A stretch of 64,000 bases of DNA. Origin: Raja brachyura (taxonomy: Eukaryota). Shown here piece after piece: positions 26,901-41,900 of this stretch (position 1 is its first letter; each line of letters opens with the position of its first letter). The position numbers and the translations under genes were made by a program. The DNA lies in contig OY740801.1 in assembly GCA_963514005.1 (NCBI GenBank), positions 23,684,001-23,748,000 on the forward strand, in the 5' to 3' direction. The notes under the pieces are model-generated. The model saw only the letters and a list, made by a program, of their open reading frames with translations. It was not told where the DNA came from and made no database searches.

Positions 26901-29900
26901 ATCCTTCAGGAGATATCTCCGGTTTGAGCTATAGAAATGAAATGTGTAAACACGGCACACAATCATGAGTTATAGAATGGGGCTGTCTCATTGTGTGGAA
27001 GATTAAAAAAAAGCCTAAATCAAGGACTGGAGTGTAGAAGCTTCACATGGCATTGTTGCAATTGAAATACCATTCTGTGCCAGGAAAGCACAGTATCCCC
27101 CTGGTTAATGTTCATTTGGAGGGTGAAAGGACAAAGTAGTCCACACAACAATGGCTGCTCTTGTTACTGTTCTATGTTTCTGCCTATTGTAGGCCATTCG
27201 TCACCTGAAACTCAGCGTTACGCTAATTTTGTGGTGCTAGTTAATATTCATGAGTAAACTCTACATGTAAGGGTTAGAATTTCTCAATATTATTTTTCTT
27301 TGCAGGTATTTTAGAGACCATTTGGGATAAAAACAGTGTTACGGCTGCTACTCCACCTCCCTCCCCAACGTCAGGAAATAGTGGTAGGTGTTACTATTGG
27401 TTGCAATGCTTGTCACTTGGCCATGACCAGTCAGTCTGAGCACAGGAGGTAATTCTCATTAAACATGCCCATCTTGCTGCCAACCATGTGTTCTGAAGTT
27501 GGGACTGTGTTTCTGAGGCGTGAACACATGGGATATACTCTTTCTCAAATAAATAGTTGAGGTGTATAGCAAGCAGAGGGAAAGTTTAAAAGGTTACACG
27601 GTAGTAAGCTCGGAATGCATGATTACTTTTTGGACGAATACATAATGACTTATTGTCTCGAAGAAACTGAGTTTTTCTAACTTTTCCAACCCTTAACTTT
27701 GGGATTTAAAGCAAGACTACTAACCAGGAGCATTAACTAAAATCAAATAAAAACTGCAGGTGTTTGAAATCTGAAATATAAACAGAAAATGGTGGAAATA
27801 TTCAGCGGGTCAAACAGCATGTGTGGAGAGGAAAATGGTTCATATTTCAGACTTTTCATTGGAATGTGGACATCAGATTATTTTTAAATTGCAGAGGAGG
27901 AGGCGTGGCAAGAGCAAAGCATTTGTGATGGGGTGGTGGAGGAGGTACAAATATAGGGAGATGAATGAGGAAAAAGAATAAAGAAAAGAAAATCATTGCA
28001 GGAGCTGAGGGAGAACACAGTAATTGTTAGAAATCTGAAGGGAATGCTGGGCAGCAACATTGGTGAAAAGTTTAAAATGGAGTTGACATTGCAAGTAACT
28101 CCCTTGCATCAGAAATGGCCCGTTCTGACAGGCAAACACTGGTTATCTGAAACTGTTGTAATCTGTGTTAAATTGAAGATGTGCAATGTTTCTTGAACAT
28201 GCTTTACCCTCTGGAACACTGCAAGAGATTAAAGACGGGTCAAAATGACAGTGGTATGCAGACTTGGTGATGGGTAACGGAGGCTCAAAGTTCTGCAGGT
28301 GTTCATCCAATCTGCAACCGGAAGAAAAGACGAAGCAGTGAGCTCTGAATGCAGTAATTAAGTGGATGAGTCATTGCTCCATCCAAAGAAGTATGTGGGT
28401 TACTAAACGGAGGCACAGGACGTGGTGAAAGGCCAGGTTCTGCATCTACACTTGTGTGGGAAGGTGCCATGAGAAGGGGAGGTGAGAGATTGAATCTGGT
28501 TTTTGGCATTCTCTCCGACTTCCTGTTTCATTCTACCATCCCCATTAGCAACCACTCCTCTTCACACCACTATCACTTCCAGTGTCTCCTTCAAATCCCA
28601 TCTCCTCCCACCATCCTGCAGGTGAATTGGTGATTTACTTGCACTTCTACTTTAGTGTAGTGCATTTGGTGCTGTACAGCAGAGAAGCCAGAGGTGAGCT
28701 GGGTGGCAGCGTTACAGACCCCCTCCATGTTCACACGGGTAACCCAAGCCAACTGTTCCCTGTCACTAATTCCCCACTTCTGTCTTTGGTCACTTACTCA
28801 GCTCAGGATGTGCATAAGAAACAGGAGCAGGCCATTCAGCCGCTCGACCCTCTGTAACATCACGGCTGATTTTGGCCTCCACAGCACTTTCCTGCTCTTC
28901 CCCCGTACCTTGTAGTTTATGTCTGTCAATTTCAGCTTTGAATATATTTAGTGACTGCCTCAACTCTCTGGGACGCTGAGTTAGAGATTTATGATCCCTT
29001 TGATATATTTTTAAAAATCTCGCTCTTTTTTCACCTAGTTCAGAAACTGTTCCATAATTGTAGATGACCTCATGAGAGAAAATATCCTCTCGGCATTTCA
29101 CCCTACTGATTTTTGATTATTTATTTCCCCCCCCCCCCCCCCTCTATCGTGTGCCCTGGTGCATGGATCACTGCTACCCTGCAGTGTGCTGCTTCATTAT
29201 GGTCTCTGGGCCCTGTCATCTACAGATGCATAGTCTGCAGTAACCACTGAGCTTGTACAGTGGCTTGGGGTGGGGGGGGGGGGGGAGCTGAACAGAAGCT
29301 GAGGAGATGGCAGCTCCCATTGCACCCAGCAGGAGTTGATGAGAGATGTGGGATCTGGGCAGTCCATCAGCATGGAGCTGTCTTTATTTAAGCCCAGCAA
29401 TGACCTGCACCAGACTTGACGGAGATAGCATTTCCTCGTGCTGTCTAGAAAGCAGACCTGAGCCTGGATGACAACACTGAGTATCTGCAATGCTTCCCCA
29501 GCTCTCTCAGCATGTCCCTCTGTACTGACCCATGCAACAATGAGAACTTTAACTGTTTCATTGCCGTAGCAGTGCCCACAGAGGGCAGAGCCACAGCCGA
29601 GTTCCCAGCCAGCATGGGTATGTGTTCAGTCCAGTTACCAGTACGGCAGCATTATCAGCTATAATTACTCATTCAGAATGAGATTGCCTCTTATTCCAGT
29701 ATGTGGAACCAACCTGCACCAAGGGTCATTAATTTAATCCAGGGATCAAGCAGGTGACCCACTGAACTGCCTATGATACTTAAATCCTTAAAATCCTAAA
29801 TCCTTTAGTGATACACTAAAATTGGTGTACTACAGCATCAGTCTTGCTCCATAAAGTTATATCAAAATTTCCTTTTTTTAACCATACTCTATATTCTCTG

Positions 29901-32900
29901 CAGTCAAGGCTGCCATTCCATTCACTTTGGTAACTACTTGCTGAACCTCTAGACCAACTGTCTCTGTTTCATGAACTGAGTTCCCATTATGACACATCTT
30001 GTAGTTTTATTCGGTGTTAAGTATGTTTTTAATCATTCTTGTTCTAACAGAGTTTAATATAAACTTAAGGATGAGCATCTCGTCTTCTGAGATATTTTTG
30101 GAGGTGAATTCTGTACAGGTGAATTTCTGTTACCTGAATTGCCGTAAAGTGAGGGTCGCCTGCACTGTTTACAAAAATTTCAGCTAACCAGCCTTTCTGG
30201 TTTTATCAGTTCTGATGCAAGGTCATTAACCTGTAATGATAACTAATTGTTACTCTCTCCTTAATGCTGTTGATCAATCAAGCATTTCAGGCATTCTCTT
30301 TTGTGCCAGACTCTCAGCAATTGCTGTGTTCTGCATCTCATGGTTCCAGTTTTCTTTTTCTGTTCACATTTATCTCCATCCGTCTATACCACCTTCAGAG
30401 ACCCGCTATGATTAATGAGCTTTCATCGCCCTTCCTCAGAAGACAGCACATCAGCTGTTATCTGAATTCTACTGGGCTCCACTCTTTATCACAGATACTT
30501 CCTTTTTGTTCTGTCCACTAGTTGCCTTTCTCAGCAATTGAATACCCCCTTGTTTATCTATTTTTTCCAATTCTGATGTAAAGCCCTTGACCCTGACACA
30601 TTAATTTTATTTATACCCTCACAGATTCAGTCTGATTGCTGAATATTTCCAGTATTCTGTTTTCATTTTGGAAGTTTTAAGTAAATAGTTCAATGATTAC
30701 CTTCTACAGATATCAGTGCTGATTCAGTATACAAATTACTTAAAACTACTTCCAAATTATAAACAACAACTTGCAGTTAAAGCACAAACTGCTGGAGTAA
30801 CTCAGCAGGCCAGGCAGTTTCTCTGGCGAACATACACAGGTGATGTGTTAAAGAAGGAACTGCAGATGCTGGAGAATCGAGGGTTACACAAAAAGCTGGA
30901 GAAACTCAGTGGGTGCAGCAGCATCTAAGGAGCGAAGGAGATGGGCGACGTTTCGGGTCGAGATCCTTCTTCAGACACAGGTGACGTTTTGGGTTGGTGT
31001 CCTGACCCAAAACATCATCCACCCATGATCTCCATAACCTGCTGAGTTACTCCAGCACTTTGTCTTTTTTTGTAAAGCAGTATCGACAGTTCCTTGTTTC
31101 TATCAATTTACAGATCTTCAGTTGTAGTGTATGATGGTTCCTCAGAAATTTGAGGCCAAACATTCATTTTCACCTTCACTGACTAGACCAGTGATCCTGA
31201 CTCCTCCAACTGTTGTTCTGACTGCCTCTGATCACAGTAGCAAGGATCATTTATCACCCCACCACCACCACCCTTCATGCTCCTTGTCCCCTGCTGCAGA
31301 TGTATGACCATTACCTGACTAGCCATCTTTGGTGTTACATCCAAATCTTGTCTTTGTCTCAACAAGGCCTGGGTTATTAATTCTACTCAACAATATTGTT
31401 CTTGATAAAATATGAGATTCCAGTTTGTCTACCTTCTCCTTTAAGTCAAAAACATCTTTCTGTAGGTCTGAAGTAGGGTCTCGACCCGAAATGTTGCCTA
31501 TTTCCTTTGCTTCATAGATGCTGCCTCACCCGCTGAGTTTCTCTAGCATTTTTGTCTACCTGCTGTAATATGAGCTCTTCCAAATTCTTGCTCATTATGT
31601 TTCAACAACAGTATTTTTCTGTGCTTTTTCTCCAAAAGGTTTTACTACTTTACTGATATAAATAATTCAAAGCCAGTTCTTCCCCAAATGTTATTTATGT
31701 AACCGAGTGTTAACTTGCCTATGATCTTGAGTAGATCTGAATTGAGCCTTTTCTAGCCAATATCTAATTAAATACTGCTGGGATTTGGCTTGTAGGGGAA
31801 TACCCGCTGCTTGTGCCCACCACTAACATCATGCAAGTTTTCAGAAGGTTTCTATTCATTATATCAGCATAGTTTCAGAATAAAAAAACCTTTATGTTGC
31901 ATTAGAATCTTTAAGTGTGCTGTTCATAGATCAAAGACAGGCCCTTTGTCCCATAATGTCTGGGAGGAACAAGCCCAACTCTGAACCCGCTGCAGATAAA
32001 TCAAATCCCTCCATTACCAGCATATCCATATGCCTATGCAAAAGTCACTTAAAAGCCACTATTGTATTTGCCTCCAACACTAACTCCAGCAACATGTTTA
32101 CGGCACTTACCACCCTCTGTCTTGCCCTACTCGTCTCCTTTACACTTAGCCCCTCTCATCTTAAAACTGTGCCTCCAGTATTTGACTTTTCTACCCTGTG
32201 GAAAAAGGTTTTGACTGTTTACACTATCTATGCCTCTCATAATTTTACATACTCTGTTGTAAACTGGTTGAGGCATTTAAACATGTGCATGAGAAATAGA
32301 AGCCAAAGTAAGCCATTTGGCCGTTTATACTTGCTCCATATTTAATAAGGCCATTGATTTTTTGATTTTTTTTAATTTAACCTTGTGCCACTTCCTGCAC
32401 AAACCTAATTTCCCTCGATTTCATGTGATGAACAGCCTGATTCTTCACAACCCTCATTGGTCAATAATTCCTCACGTTCTCAGCTATCCTCAATAGTTGA
32501 CCTCTTAATTTGAGACTGATTCCTAACCTGATAGGACCTGTAATAACGTTGAAAGTTTCGACGAAATGACCCTCAATTTTCAAATTCCGAGTATATTCCT
32601 TGATCTTATACTCTGTCCTGCAGCACAAACTCCTCCATAGTCAGAATTGATCTGGTGAGATTTGATTGCTCTCCCTCTGTCACGTCAATGATCCCTTGGG
32701 TAGGGAAGCTGGGCCTGTATGTGATCAAGGTGTGATCTCATCAGACCCCCCCCCCCCCCCCCATGTAGTTGCAGTTACAACATCTTGTAGTCTCATTCTC
32801 TTGCAGAAAAGTCCAACATGCCATTTGTCGCCCTGTTGCTTGCTGCACTTGCTGGTTAACTTCCGGTGATTAGTGTACAGAGACACCCAGACTCTTTTAA

Positions 32901-35900
32901 ACGCCATCTTTAAACTACTTGGAAAATTGCCATTCCTACAAAAGTGGATGACCACGTTATTCTACACCCTGTGCCTGCTCTGGCCTTGCCCATTCACTTG
33001 GCCTTGGCACCTTGACATCTTGGCACACTGCCACACTGCATTGGATCATCAGAAAATCTATGTTATACTTGGCTATCTCAATATTGTTGATGTAGATTTG
33101 GAACAGCAGAGCCCCGGCACTGCTCCCTGTGGCATCATGTGACCTACAGCCTCCAGTACAAAAACAGCCCACTCTTCTTTTGTTTACAGATTAATTGATT
33201 GTTGTGTGAAACCTTATCAAAGCCCTCGCAGTCCAAAGATACAATATCACTCTTTCCTTTAGCCTTACTCTTAAACCTCAAATTCTTAACATATTTGTCA
33301 AACATGATTTCCTTGTCATTAATCCATGTTGACTCTGTCCAACATATTTACTGTTTCTAATTAAAATGCAAGCTGTTAAAAGACTCTAGCGAGCGTTCCA
33401 GGAGCAGATCTGGAATGGACTTCTGGGGCCTGACACCATCTTAACTCCATCTTACCCTACCCCTACATTCCTTTCTTTAACACCCATAAATCTATTTAAC
33501 CTCTGTACTAAATGGATGGCCACAATTGTTCTTGGATATAGATCCTTCCATCCTGCACATCCTCCACGGTTTCTGCCTTGCTAGTTCCCTTAAAAAATTT
33601 GTTTCGATGAGATCACTATTCAATTTCTATACTTTTGGAAGTATTGATCAGTCATCTCTCCTCATTGGGCAGTCTTCATAGCCCAGGAAAGTGTTTAAAG
33701 AACTATATCACACTCCTTGAAAGGCAGGCATACCCTTCTTTAGCAAAGGAGATCATATTGTAGAAGTCTGAAAATGGTCTTGTGAAAATTACAGGCGGCA
33801 CAGTGGCGCAGCAGTTGAATTGCTGCATTACAGGGCCAGAGACCTGGGTTCGATCCTGGTTATGGGTGCTATCTTTAGAGTTTGTATGTTCTCCCTGGGA
33901 CCACGTGGGTTGTCTTTGGATGCTCCGGTTTCCTCCCACATTCCAAATGTGTACAGGTTTGTAGGTTAATTGGCTTCGGTAAATTGTCCTTAGTGAGTAG
34001 GATAGTTCAAGTGAATGGGGTCACTGCTGGTCAGCGCGGACTCGGTGGACCGAAGGGTCTGTTTCCACTATATCTCTAAATTCTAAAGAAAATATTACAT
34101 AATAGCAGTATGATTTCTTCTCTTTTATACTAAAGTCAATTTTGAAATAAATCATAATGTACCATTTTCCCATGTTCAAATCAGAAAGCCTTCCCATCTC
34201 AGTATCAGCTGGAATCTGGCTGTGGTAGTGGAATACAACAAGACATGGCCTGTTTGGTCTTGCAGAGAATATTCACTCGATGCCAAGTTCGAGGCTCTCC
34301 ATATGTTTTCCAACTGAATAGTTAATTAAATTATTGTTGAGATTAATGTCAGACAGTGGTAGAAGAGGCACCAACTGAGCATTGTTGAGGAATGCTGTGC
34401 AAATTGCCTTATAGCTTTCACCAAACCATACCCTTGTTTGATGCCCCTGTAAATGTTTTGTTCTTCAGTCTCTCTCCATAAATAAGTACCTTTACTTCAT
34501 ATAATCAGCTTCGTGATTACTGCCAGTGGGGGTTGTCTAATGGTTATACCATGTTAAATTGTTGTTGCTGTACTTCAATGTGGAGCAACATGCAGTAAAA
34601 CGTGTAATCCCCGATGACTCAGTATCCAGCTCACCGTCTCTGTGCAACTTGCTGAGATTCGTGCTTGCCCTGGGTCTCTCCAAGTTCAACGGGGAATTTA
34701 TTATTGTACTCTGACATTATAATGATCTAATGTCCAGTGTGCTGGGAAAATAATATTTGAATAGCATCCAACAGTCCATAAAATCAGCCAGTCAGGCACC
34801 ACCAAAGTTGCAGTGATACCGGATTATCAGTTTTGCTGTAGTCTGTTAGCTGCTGAAGAATCAATTGGGTGTCTACTACTTTCCAATGGCTTTTGTAACA
34901 GAAAATATTACTGATATAATCCGTTAGCACAAATAACTGAGGTGCTCCCCACAATAAGTCAAATTATAATTTAAAAAAATGAAAAGCAGTGCACTCAGAA
35001 GTCACTAAGATTTAATTCACAAAGGTTATTATCCCACTTCAGAATTTTGTTTCAGGCATTCTTTGTCCTCAAATGAATTGATTAAACCATGTGTTTGTTG
35101 GGGAACTGGATGTGTATCATCCATAGAGTTGATGTTTACTCCAGTTTGGGTATCCAAAATCAGAATATGTTTGGGATTCGCACAAAATTAGATGTATGAG
35201 TCTTGGACCAATTATTTCCATGTGCTGTCATTGTAAAATTGAAGCATTTCAAGACCATCTACAACTGGAGGGGATGTTCTGGTGCTAGCAAAACCATATC
35301 CAATTAATAAGACCTGTAATAATATCAGTGGCTGGATTCCAGATTTATCCATCATTCAAATGCTGCTCATTTCCAAGGAATTTGGATTAGATTTTTATTT
35401 GAAGCATAAAATAAAATGGCCATTCTTGCCAAATCTATAAAGCAGTTGTTAGAACCGAAATGTTTACAGTCCATCCCCAGATAACGAACAGATTCTACTT
35501 TATAAACGTCCATAAGTCATAAAATACACAAAAATCACCCATGTGCCAAAATCACCAGCTTTGGTGGTGCCACGCTGGCAGATTTTACGGACTATTGGAT
35601 GTTCTTCAGTTGCCGACTGTCTACAAAAAGAAACAGTTACTGAAAGCGGAGAGAGTGGGGAAACCAGTTCTGCTGAGTGTACATACCTTTGTTACTGTCA
35701 GATTTCTCAATGTTCACTATTATGGGAGCTCAATTGTATGTAGAGGTGCAAATAAGTTGGGCTTTTGGAACCTGGGACGGCGTGTATTGAGTTACAATAT
35801 TTGTGAAGTCTTTACAATGTGTACTAGTGTCTAGCAACAACACTAGTATCTACTTTTGTGCATTTTGCTGAGCGTATCAATGATCCTGAACTGTGCAAGA

Positions 35901-38900
35901 CTAATGGTTTTCTTTTCTGTTAGGTGATTTGCTTAGCAGCCTATTGCAGGCTCCCCTAGCTGCCAAATTATTAAACCAGCCAATTCCAATCTTGGACCCA
36001 GAGAGTGAACACGTTTGTTCTCTGGCTCTGGACTGTCTCACTCATCTCTTCAGCTGGATCCCACTCTCCACCAGTATCACCCCTACGCTCCTCACCACCA
36101 TCTTCCATTTTGCTCGTTTTGGCTGTGACACCCGTGCCAAGAAGTTAGTTGCTGTGAATGGAAATGGCCACAACAACAACCTGATGCCAGAGCGGGGCAA
36201 GCTGGGTGTGCTGGCCATGTCTTGTATTAATGAACTCATGTCGAAGAACTGTGTCCCTGTGGAGTTTGAGGAGTATCTGCTGCGCATGTTCCAGCAGACC
36301 TTCTACTTGCTGCAGAAAATCACCAAAGAGAACAATGCACACTCCATAAAGAGTCGTTTAGAAGAGCTGGAGGAAAGGTAAGCTATGTAGTGAGCATCAT
36401 ATAGTTTCAGTTCTTGGAAATTAAGAATATGGATTGGTTGCAGGGTAAGCAACCAGTGTGTGGGATTTGTGTGCACAAGATTCAAACTTTGCTTACATTT
36501 GTGTAGGCCATCCTTGTATTCTTAGCCGACCATCAATTACCCGTTCACACTAGTTCGACGTTATCCCACTTTCTCATCCACTCCCTATACCCTAGGGGCA
36601 GTTTATAGAGGTCATCTTTGGGATGTGGGAGGAAACCAGAGCACCCAGAAGAAACCCATGCAGTTACAGGGAGAGAATGCAAACTCCACGCACACAGCAC
36701 GAGAGGTCGGGATCAAACCCAGGTCTCTGATGCTGTGACTCAGCAGCTCTACTGCCGTGGATGTTATACCTGCAGTCATAAAATGGCACAGAGATAAGCC
36801 AACAGGCCAATTGTAGCTGCAGTTGTGGGGAAGGTTCTAGAAACAGTCAGTTGGTTAGGTGTGGGTTGATTAGAGAAAGTCAGTGTGGATGTGTTAAAGG
36901 CAAATGTGTGTAATTAACAATAGAGTTTCTTGATGATGTAACAAGTGGATTGATGGGAGTAGTTCAGGCAGTACATGTTAATATTTAATAGTGCTGCCTA
37001 ATTGTCTTTGTGTCAAGTTAGAAAGGCATGGAAAGAAAATTGGCCCAGTGGATAGAACAGTACAGCATAAGAACAAGTCTTTTGGCTCACGATGTCTATG
37101 CCAGACATGATGCCAACATAATCTAATCTTCCCTGCCTGCATGTGATCTATATCCCTCAATTGCCTGTATATCCACATGAAGTAGTCATGGGGAAACTGA
37201 CTGAAAGGTTCAATGAAAGTTTGTCAACTTGAAACATTAACTTAATTTTGCTCTCCATGGGTACTGCTTGACCCTGCTAAATATTTCCTGCATTGTTTTG
37301 AATGTAATTGTGAAATATTGTTTTAAGACTGAAGGAAAGTGTACAGTGATTTCCCTGGCGGTCAGTGTTAGGACTATTGCATTTTATAATGACCTTTGCT
37401 AAACAGAGCAAAATCTCCAAAGCAGCTGATGACACAGAACTAGGTGGTGAAGGAAAGGGCTTCAAGAGATGGAGACAGACTGGTAATATCAACGGTGAAT
37501 GTTTAATTTTGAGTGATGGGAGGTGTTGCATTTTAGTTGGAAAAATGAGAAAATGAAATATTAACCGGAGGGTGCACTCTTGCAAGGGTTACGAGGGCAC
37601 AAGATCGGGGGACACTGTTCATTCAAACTGGCTGGACAGGGTTAGAACATTAATTTATGAGCACACTGGGGGTTTTGACCATAAGACATCGGAGCAGAAT
37701 TCGGTCATTTGGTCCATTAAGTCTGCTCCACCATTCGATCAGGCCTAATCTATTTTTCCCTCTCAACCCCATTGTCCTGCCTCCACACGGTAACGTTTGA
37801 CACCCTTACTGATCAACAACCTATCAATCTCCGCTTTAAAAATACCCAATGACTTGGTCCCCACTGCCTTATGTGGCAATGAATTCCACAGATCCACAGA
37901 TTCCTCCTTGCCCTTGGTGTCTGGCTTGGGTGGGAGTGAAAGCAAATTCAATTATAAGGTTCAAAGTGAAAATGGTTTAGTTCTCGGAAAGGAAAGAGAT
38001 GCAGGACTGGGGGAGTGGGACAAGCTATGATTGCATTTCCATGTAATTAGTATGAACTTGAAGGGCTAAATGTCCACCTTCAAAGCAGAATCATTCTGGG
38101 ATTCAGTTTCAGCAGGTTATAGTTGCAGGACTTGATCCATTATAATGTAAACAACCCATAATTAGTAACAATAACGTTGCAGCTCCCTCCAAAACATTTA
38201 GTGAGTTATTGAAGAATTTGTCGTGGTCTTTGTTTACCATTGTGTTGAATCTCTCATCATTTCCCGTGTAGCTATGTGGAGAAGTTCACGGACTTCCTGC
38301 GCCTGTTTGTCAGCGTGCATCTGCGGAGGATCGAGTCCAACTCGCAGTTCCCAGTGGTAGAGTTCCTCGGCCTTCTCTTCAAGTACACCTTTCATCAGGT
38401 GAGACTGCTCTCGTGCTCCAATCGCACTGCCCTCTCCTGTAGCAGCACTGTGGCGCCGGTTTCTGTTTGTTACCTTACTCGTTTGTAGAGGCAACAAAAA
38501 TATTTTCTACTGTTTTTTTTTTTTTTCCAGCCTAGTCACGAGGGTTATTTCTCTTGCCTTGATATCTGGACGATATTCCTGGATTACCTGACCAGTAAAA
38601 TCAAGAGCCGGCTGGCTGATCGGGATGAGGTGCTCAACAGGTCAGCTGCTGCTTTCTAGTACTCCTGCAGCTTCTGCATCGCCAGAGATCTGTGCGTTAG
38701 GCAAGATGGCATTCCTATACAATTGTCCAGTGGTTTAGCAACCTGTGGTGGTGACTTTTGTGAAACTGCCTCCCTCCTCGTTGGGCTTCTTTCTCAACCT
38801 TTTTATTTTCTGCATGAATACTCAAAGGTATCTTGATTTGTATTTGTTGAATTAAAAAAAATACTTGGTAGTAGTTTCTATGTAACGATGGCTGGAAATG

Positions 38901-41900
38901 GCAATTGCCTATGTTGCCAGTGTGACTGAATTAGGAGCATTTGGCTAGGGCCAGACCTGTACAGTGTCTTTTTGTTCTTATTGTGTGAAAGAATATCACA
39001 ATTTTTATCACTAATAGTTGATAGAATGCAAATATATCTGAATCGTCCGATTGGAAAATGTTTAATTTATAATCTCTAATGATGTAGTTTTAAGTGTTTG
39101 TTTTAATCAACATCCACTATGATGTAACCCCTCCTTGTCTCTAACTTCTGCAATCTTCAGGTCTGTGTTCTTCTAATTCTGGCTTCTTGTGCATCCACAA
39201 TTACCCTTGCTCCATGATAGGTGAGCACGTGATACATTGTCAAATCAGCTGAATGTGGTCACTGCTGACCTTCTGTTAAGATGTTTTATATTGGGGAGAG
39301 GGACAGGTTCAGTCTGGGTTTCACTGCCGTCTTCTTCGGCAGCTGTGTGTGTGTGTTGGTGACTGATGTAGAGCTAGGCTGGGAAATGCAAAGGATATAA
39401 GTAAACACTGGGCTAGATCTGGATTTGGACAGGTTTGCAGTGCTGAAGTGAACATGATTTCCTGTCATTCCAAAGCCACAAACTCAGAATTGCTTCAAGC
39501 CAAGGCTGTCTCTCCCCTTTAGCCTTGTACCGTTCGTTATCTCCCTGGTATATGGTTCCATACATACAAACAAGCGTTTGGAAGACGGGCAGGATGCATT
39601 TGCCAGCTGCTACATAACTGCAGACATCTTCTGCCCGGTGGGAATGAGTCATTCTGTGTGCCTTCTCTTCCCATGCCAACAATAGCAGCGATCCAGGAAA
39701 CATGTTGCTTGTTATTATTTGTAGAATGTAGGTTCTACATGCACCTTGTTAACCAGAAACTCTGCTTGAGTCACACCAAGTGTTCTGCTGATGCCTCGTT
39801 AACGGCAGATGATGGTTTACAAAAAAAAAACGCAAAGTGCTGGAGTAACTCAGCAGGTCAGGCTGGTCAGCCAGCATCTCTGAAGAACATGGATAAGTGA
39901 CATTTTGGGACAAACCCTTCTCCAGACTGAGTGTAGTAGAAAGAGAGGCGGGTTGGAACAGAAGTTTCCTGCTTACTGGATCTCGGGCTCTGTCGGCACA
40001 GCAGCCTCGTGACTCCTGACTTCATGATCCGAGCCAGCAGATTCCTGAAAAACAGCAACTGGGTGGGATTGGAGGAATATTGGTGGGCAGTCGCGGAACT
40101 GGCAGAAAGAAGGAAAGTGAGACGTTTTTTTTTAAAGTGAATTTGCAACTATATCTCAGATTACTCGGGGGCACCCACCCAGGTCCGATGTGGAAAAACT
40201 TCTGACTATTTGAAAATTTTGAATGTGTATCAAATGCATGTAAACACAAAGAACTGCAGGTGCTGGAATATAGAGTAAATCGCAGAGTGCTGGAGGAACT
40301 CAGTGGGTCAAGCAGCATCCATGAATGTTTTAGTTCGGGCTGATGTAATCCGTTTCATATGAACTGTTAAAGTTACTTGGAACAGATTCTCCCAACTCTC
40401 TCACACAAATGGGGGAGGTGAAATTTGTCTGCAGCGAAGCATTGGTTTTGTTTGAAAAATGCTTTAAAAACATTTAATGTGGAGCAAACCTTCTCGCCTT
40501 CAGAGCTGCAGTAAAATGGCCAGAGCCGTCGATTTGAAGAGCAGGGCCCTTGCTGTGCTCTCACTGTCCTGGGGTATTTAACGGCACTTTCCTTAACCCA
40601 TTGCAGTGCCTGCTGGAAGTGAGAGGTTAATGAAGTGGTCTGAGGCACAGGTGGATATAAGAAACCCGGGCATTCTGACACTTGGCAAGCTGGGTATCTG
40701 TAACACTAAAACTACTATTCTCTGCCATTCTTGACAAAGATAGATAAAACAAGAAATAATTTCTGCAAAAGACCACAGCATGACTTCTCTGTTGTTATGA
40801 GTTGTGTGGAACTGAAAATAGTGCTTCTTGGGATTTCTGTGACAGTAAAGACCAGCGCGGCTGCTGTGCGCAGTCCCTTATCGTGTAGCCAGTGGATGTA
40901 GTTCTGCTTTGTAAATTGCTGTGCAAGTGTTATGAGTAAGAGATGACTTGCCGACACTTCTTCCTCTTGCAGCTACATTCCACTGCAGTGAGTTGTTGCA
41001 TAGTGTGGAACTCCTGGCAAGCATGTTGTATCTGCTTGTCAGAGCTCTCGGGGGAATGTCGAGGCTACGCTGAACGCGACGGTCATTAATCCTCAGTGTT
41101 CTGAATTATGTGTTTCTTTTATTCAAACATTTATGAAACATTTTGTTCCAGAATGTATTAGTTTATTGCTCACAGCTGCTCTCTTGTTTATGTAGTTGAG
41201 ACTGCACTGATAAAGGGGCCTGAAGTTTATATGGCACAGTGACTAGAGCCACAACCTCTGTATCGGAGAAGCAGGTTCAACCTTGACCTTGGGTACTGTC
41301 TGTGTGGAGTTTATACTTCCCTGTGACTGTGGTTTCATCCACAAGACATGTTGGTTGGTTAATCCTAAATCATGCCTAGTGTATTGGGGAGTGGTAGGAG
41401 TTATGGACAAATGTAAGAACGTGATCAGTGGTGTATTGAGCGGCCTGTTTTCTGGAACTGTAATGTTACGTTCCAATGTTGTGAAACTGTATGCTGCACT
41501 CTGGTGTTTTTCTCCTTGTACTTGTATTTGGGTTGGTTGTACAATCTCTACAAATTGTACAAATTATAGTATAATCTGATTAATTGCATAACATGCAAAC
41601 AAAAGCTTCTCACTGTATCTCTGTGCACGTGATAACAATAAATCAGGACGAAAACCAATACCAAAATGTTTTTGTGTGCAGGGGGCACAATGTCCTTTGA
41701 GTAGTGGTGCCTACTGCAGCCAGAAACCATGCATGGCCCCAGGTCCTGAGTCTTGTTCTGGCAACAGTGTCATATCTCATGACTTCATTCTGTTTTCTTT
41801 CTGAACCTAGTGACCAACTGATCGACAGTGAGTAACACTAAAAATAAAGACACTTCTAGAAAGTCCACTGCTGAGGGGGAGATTTTGGCTTTTCTGTAGC

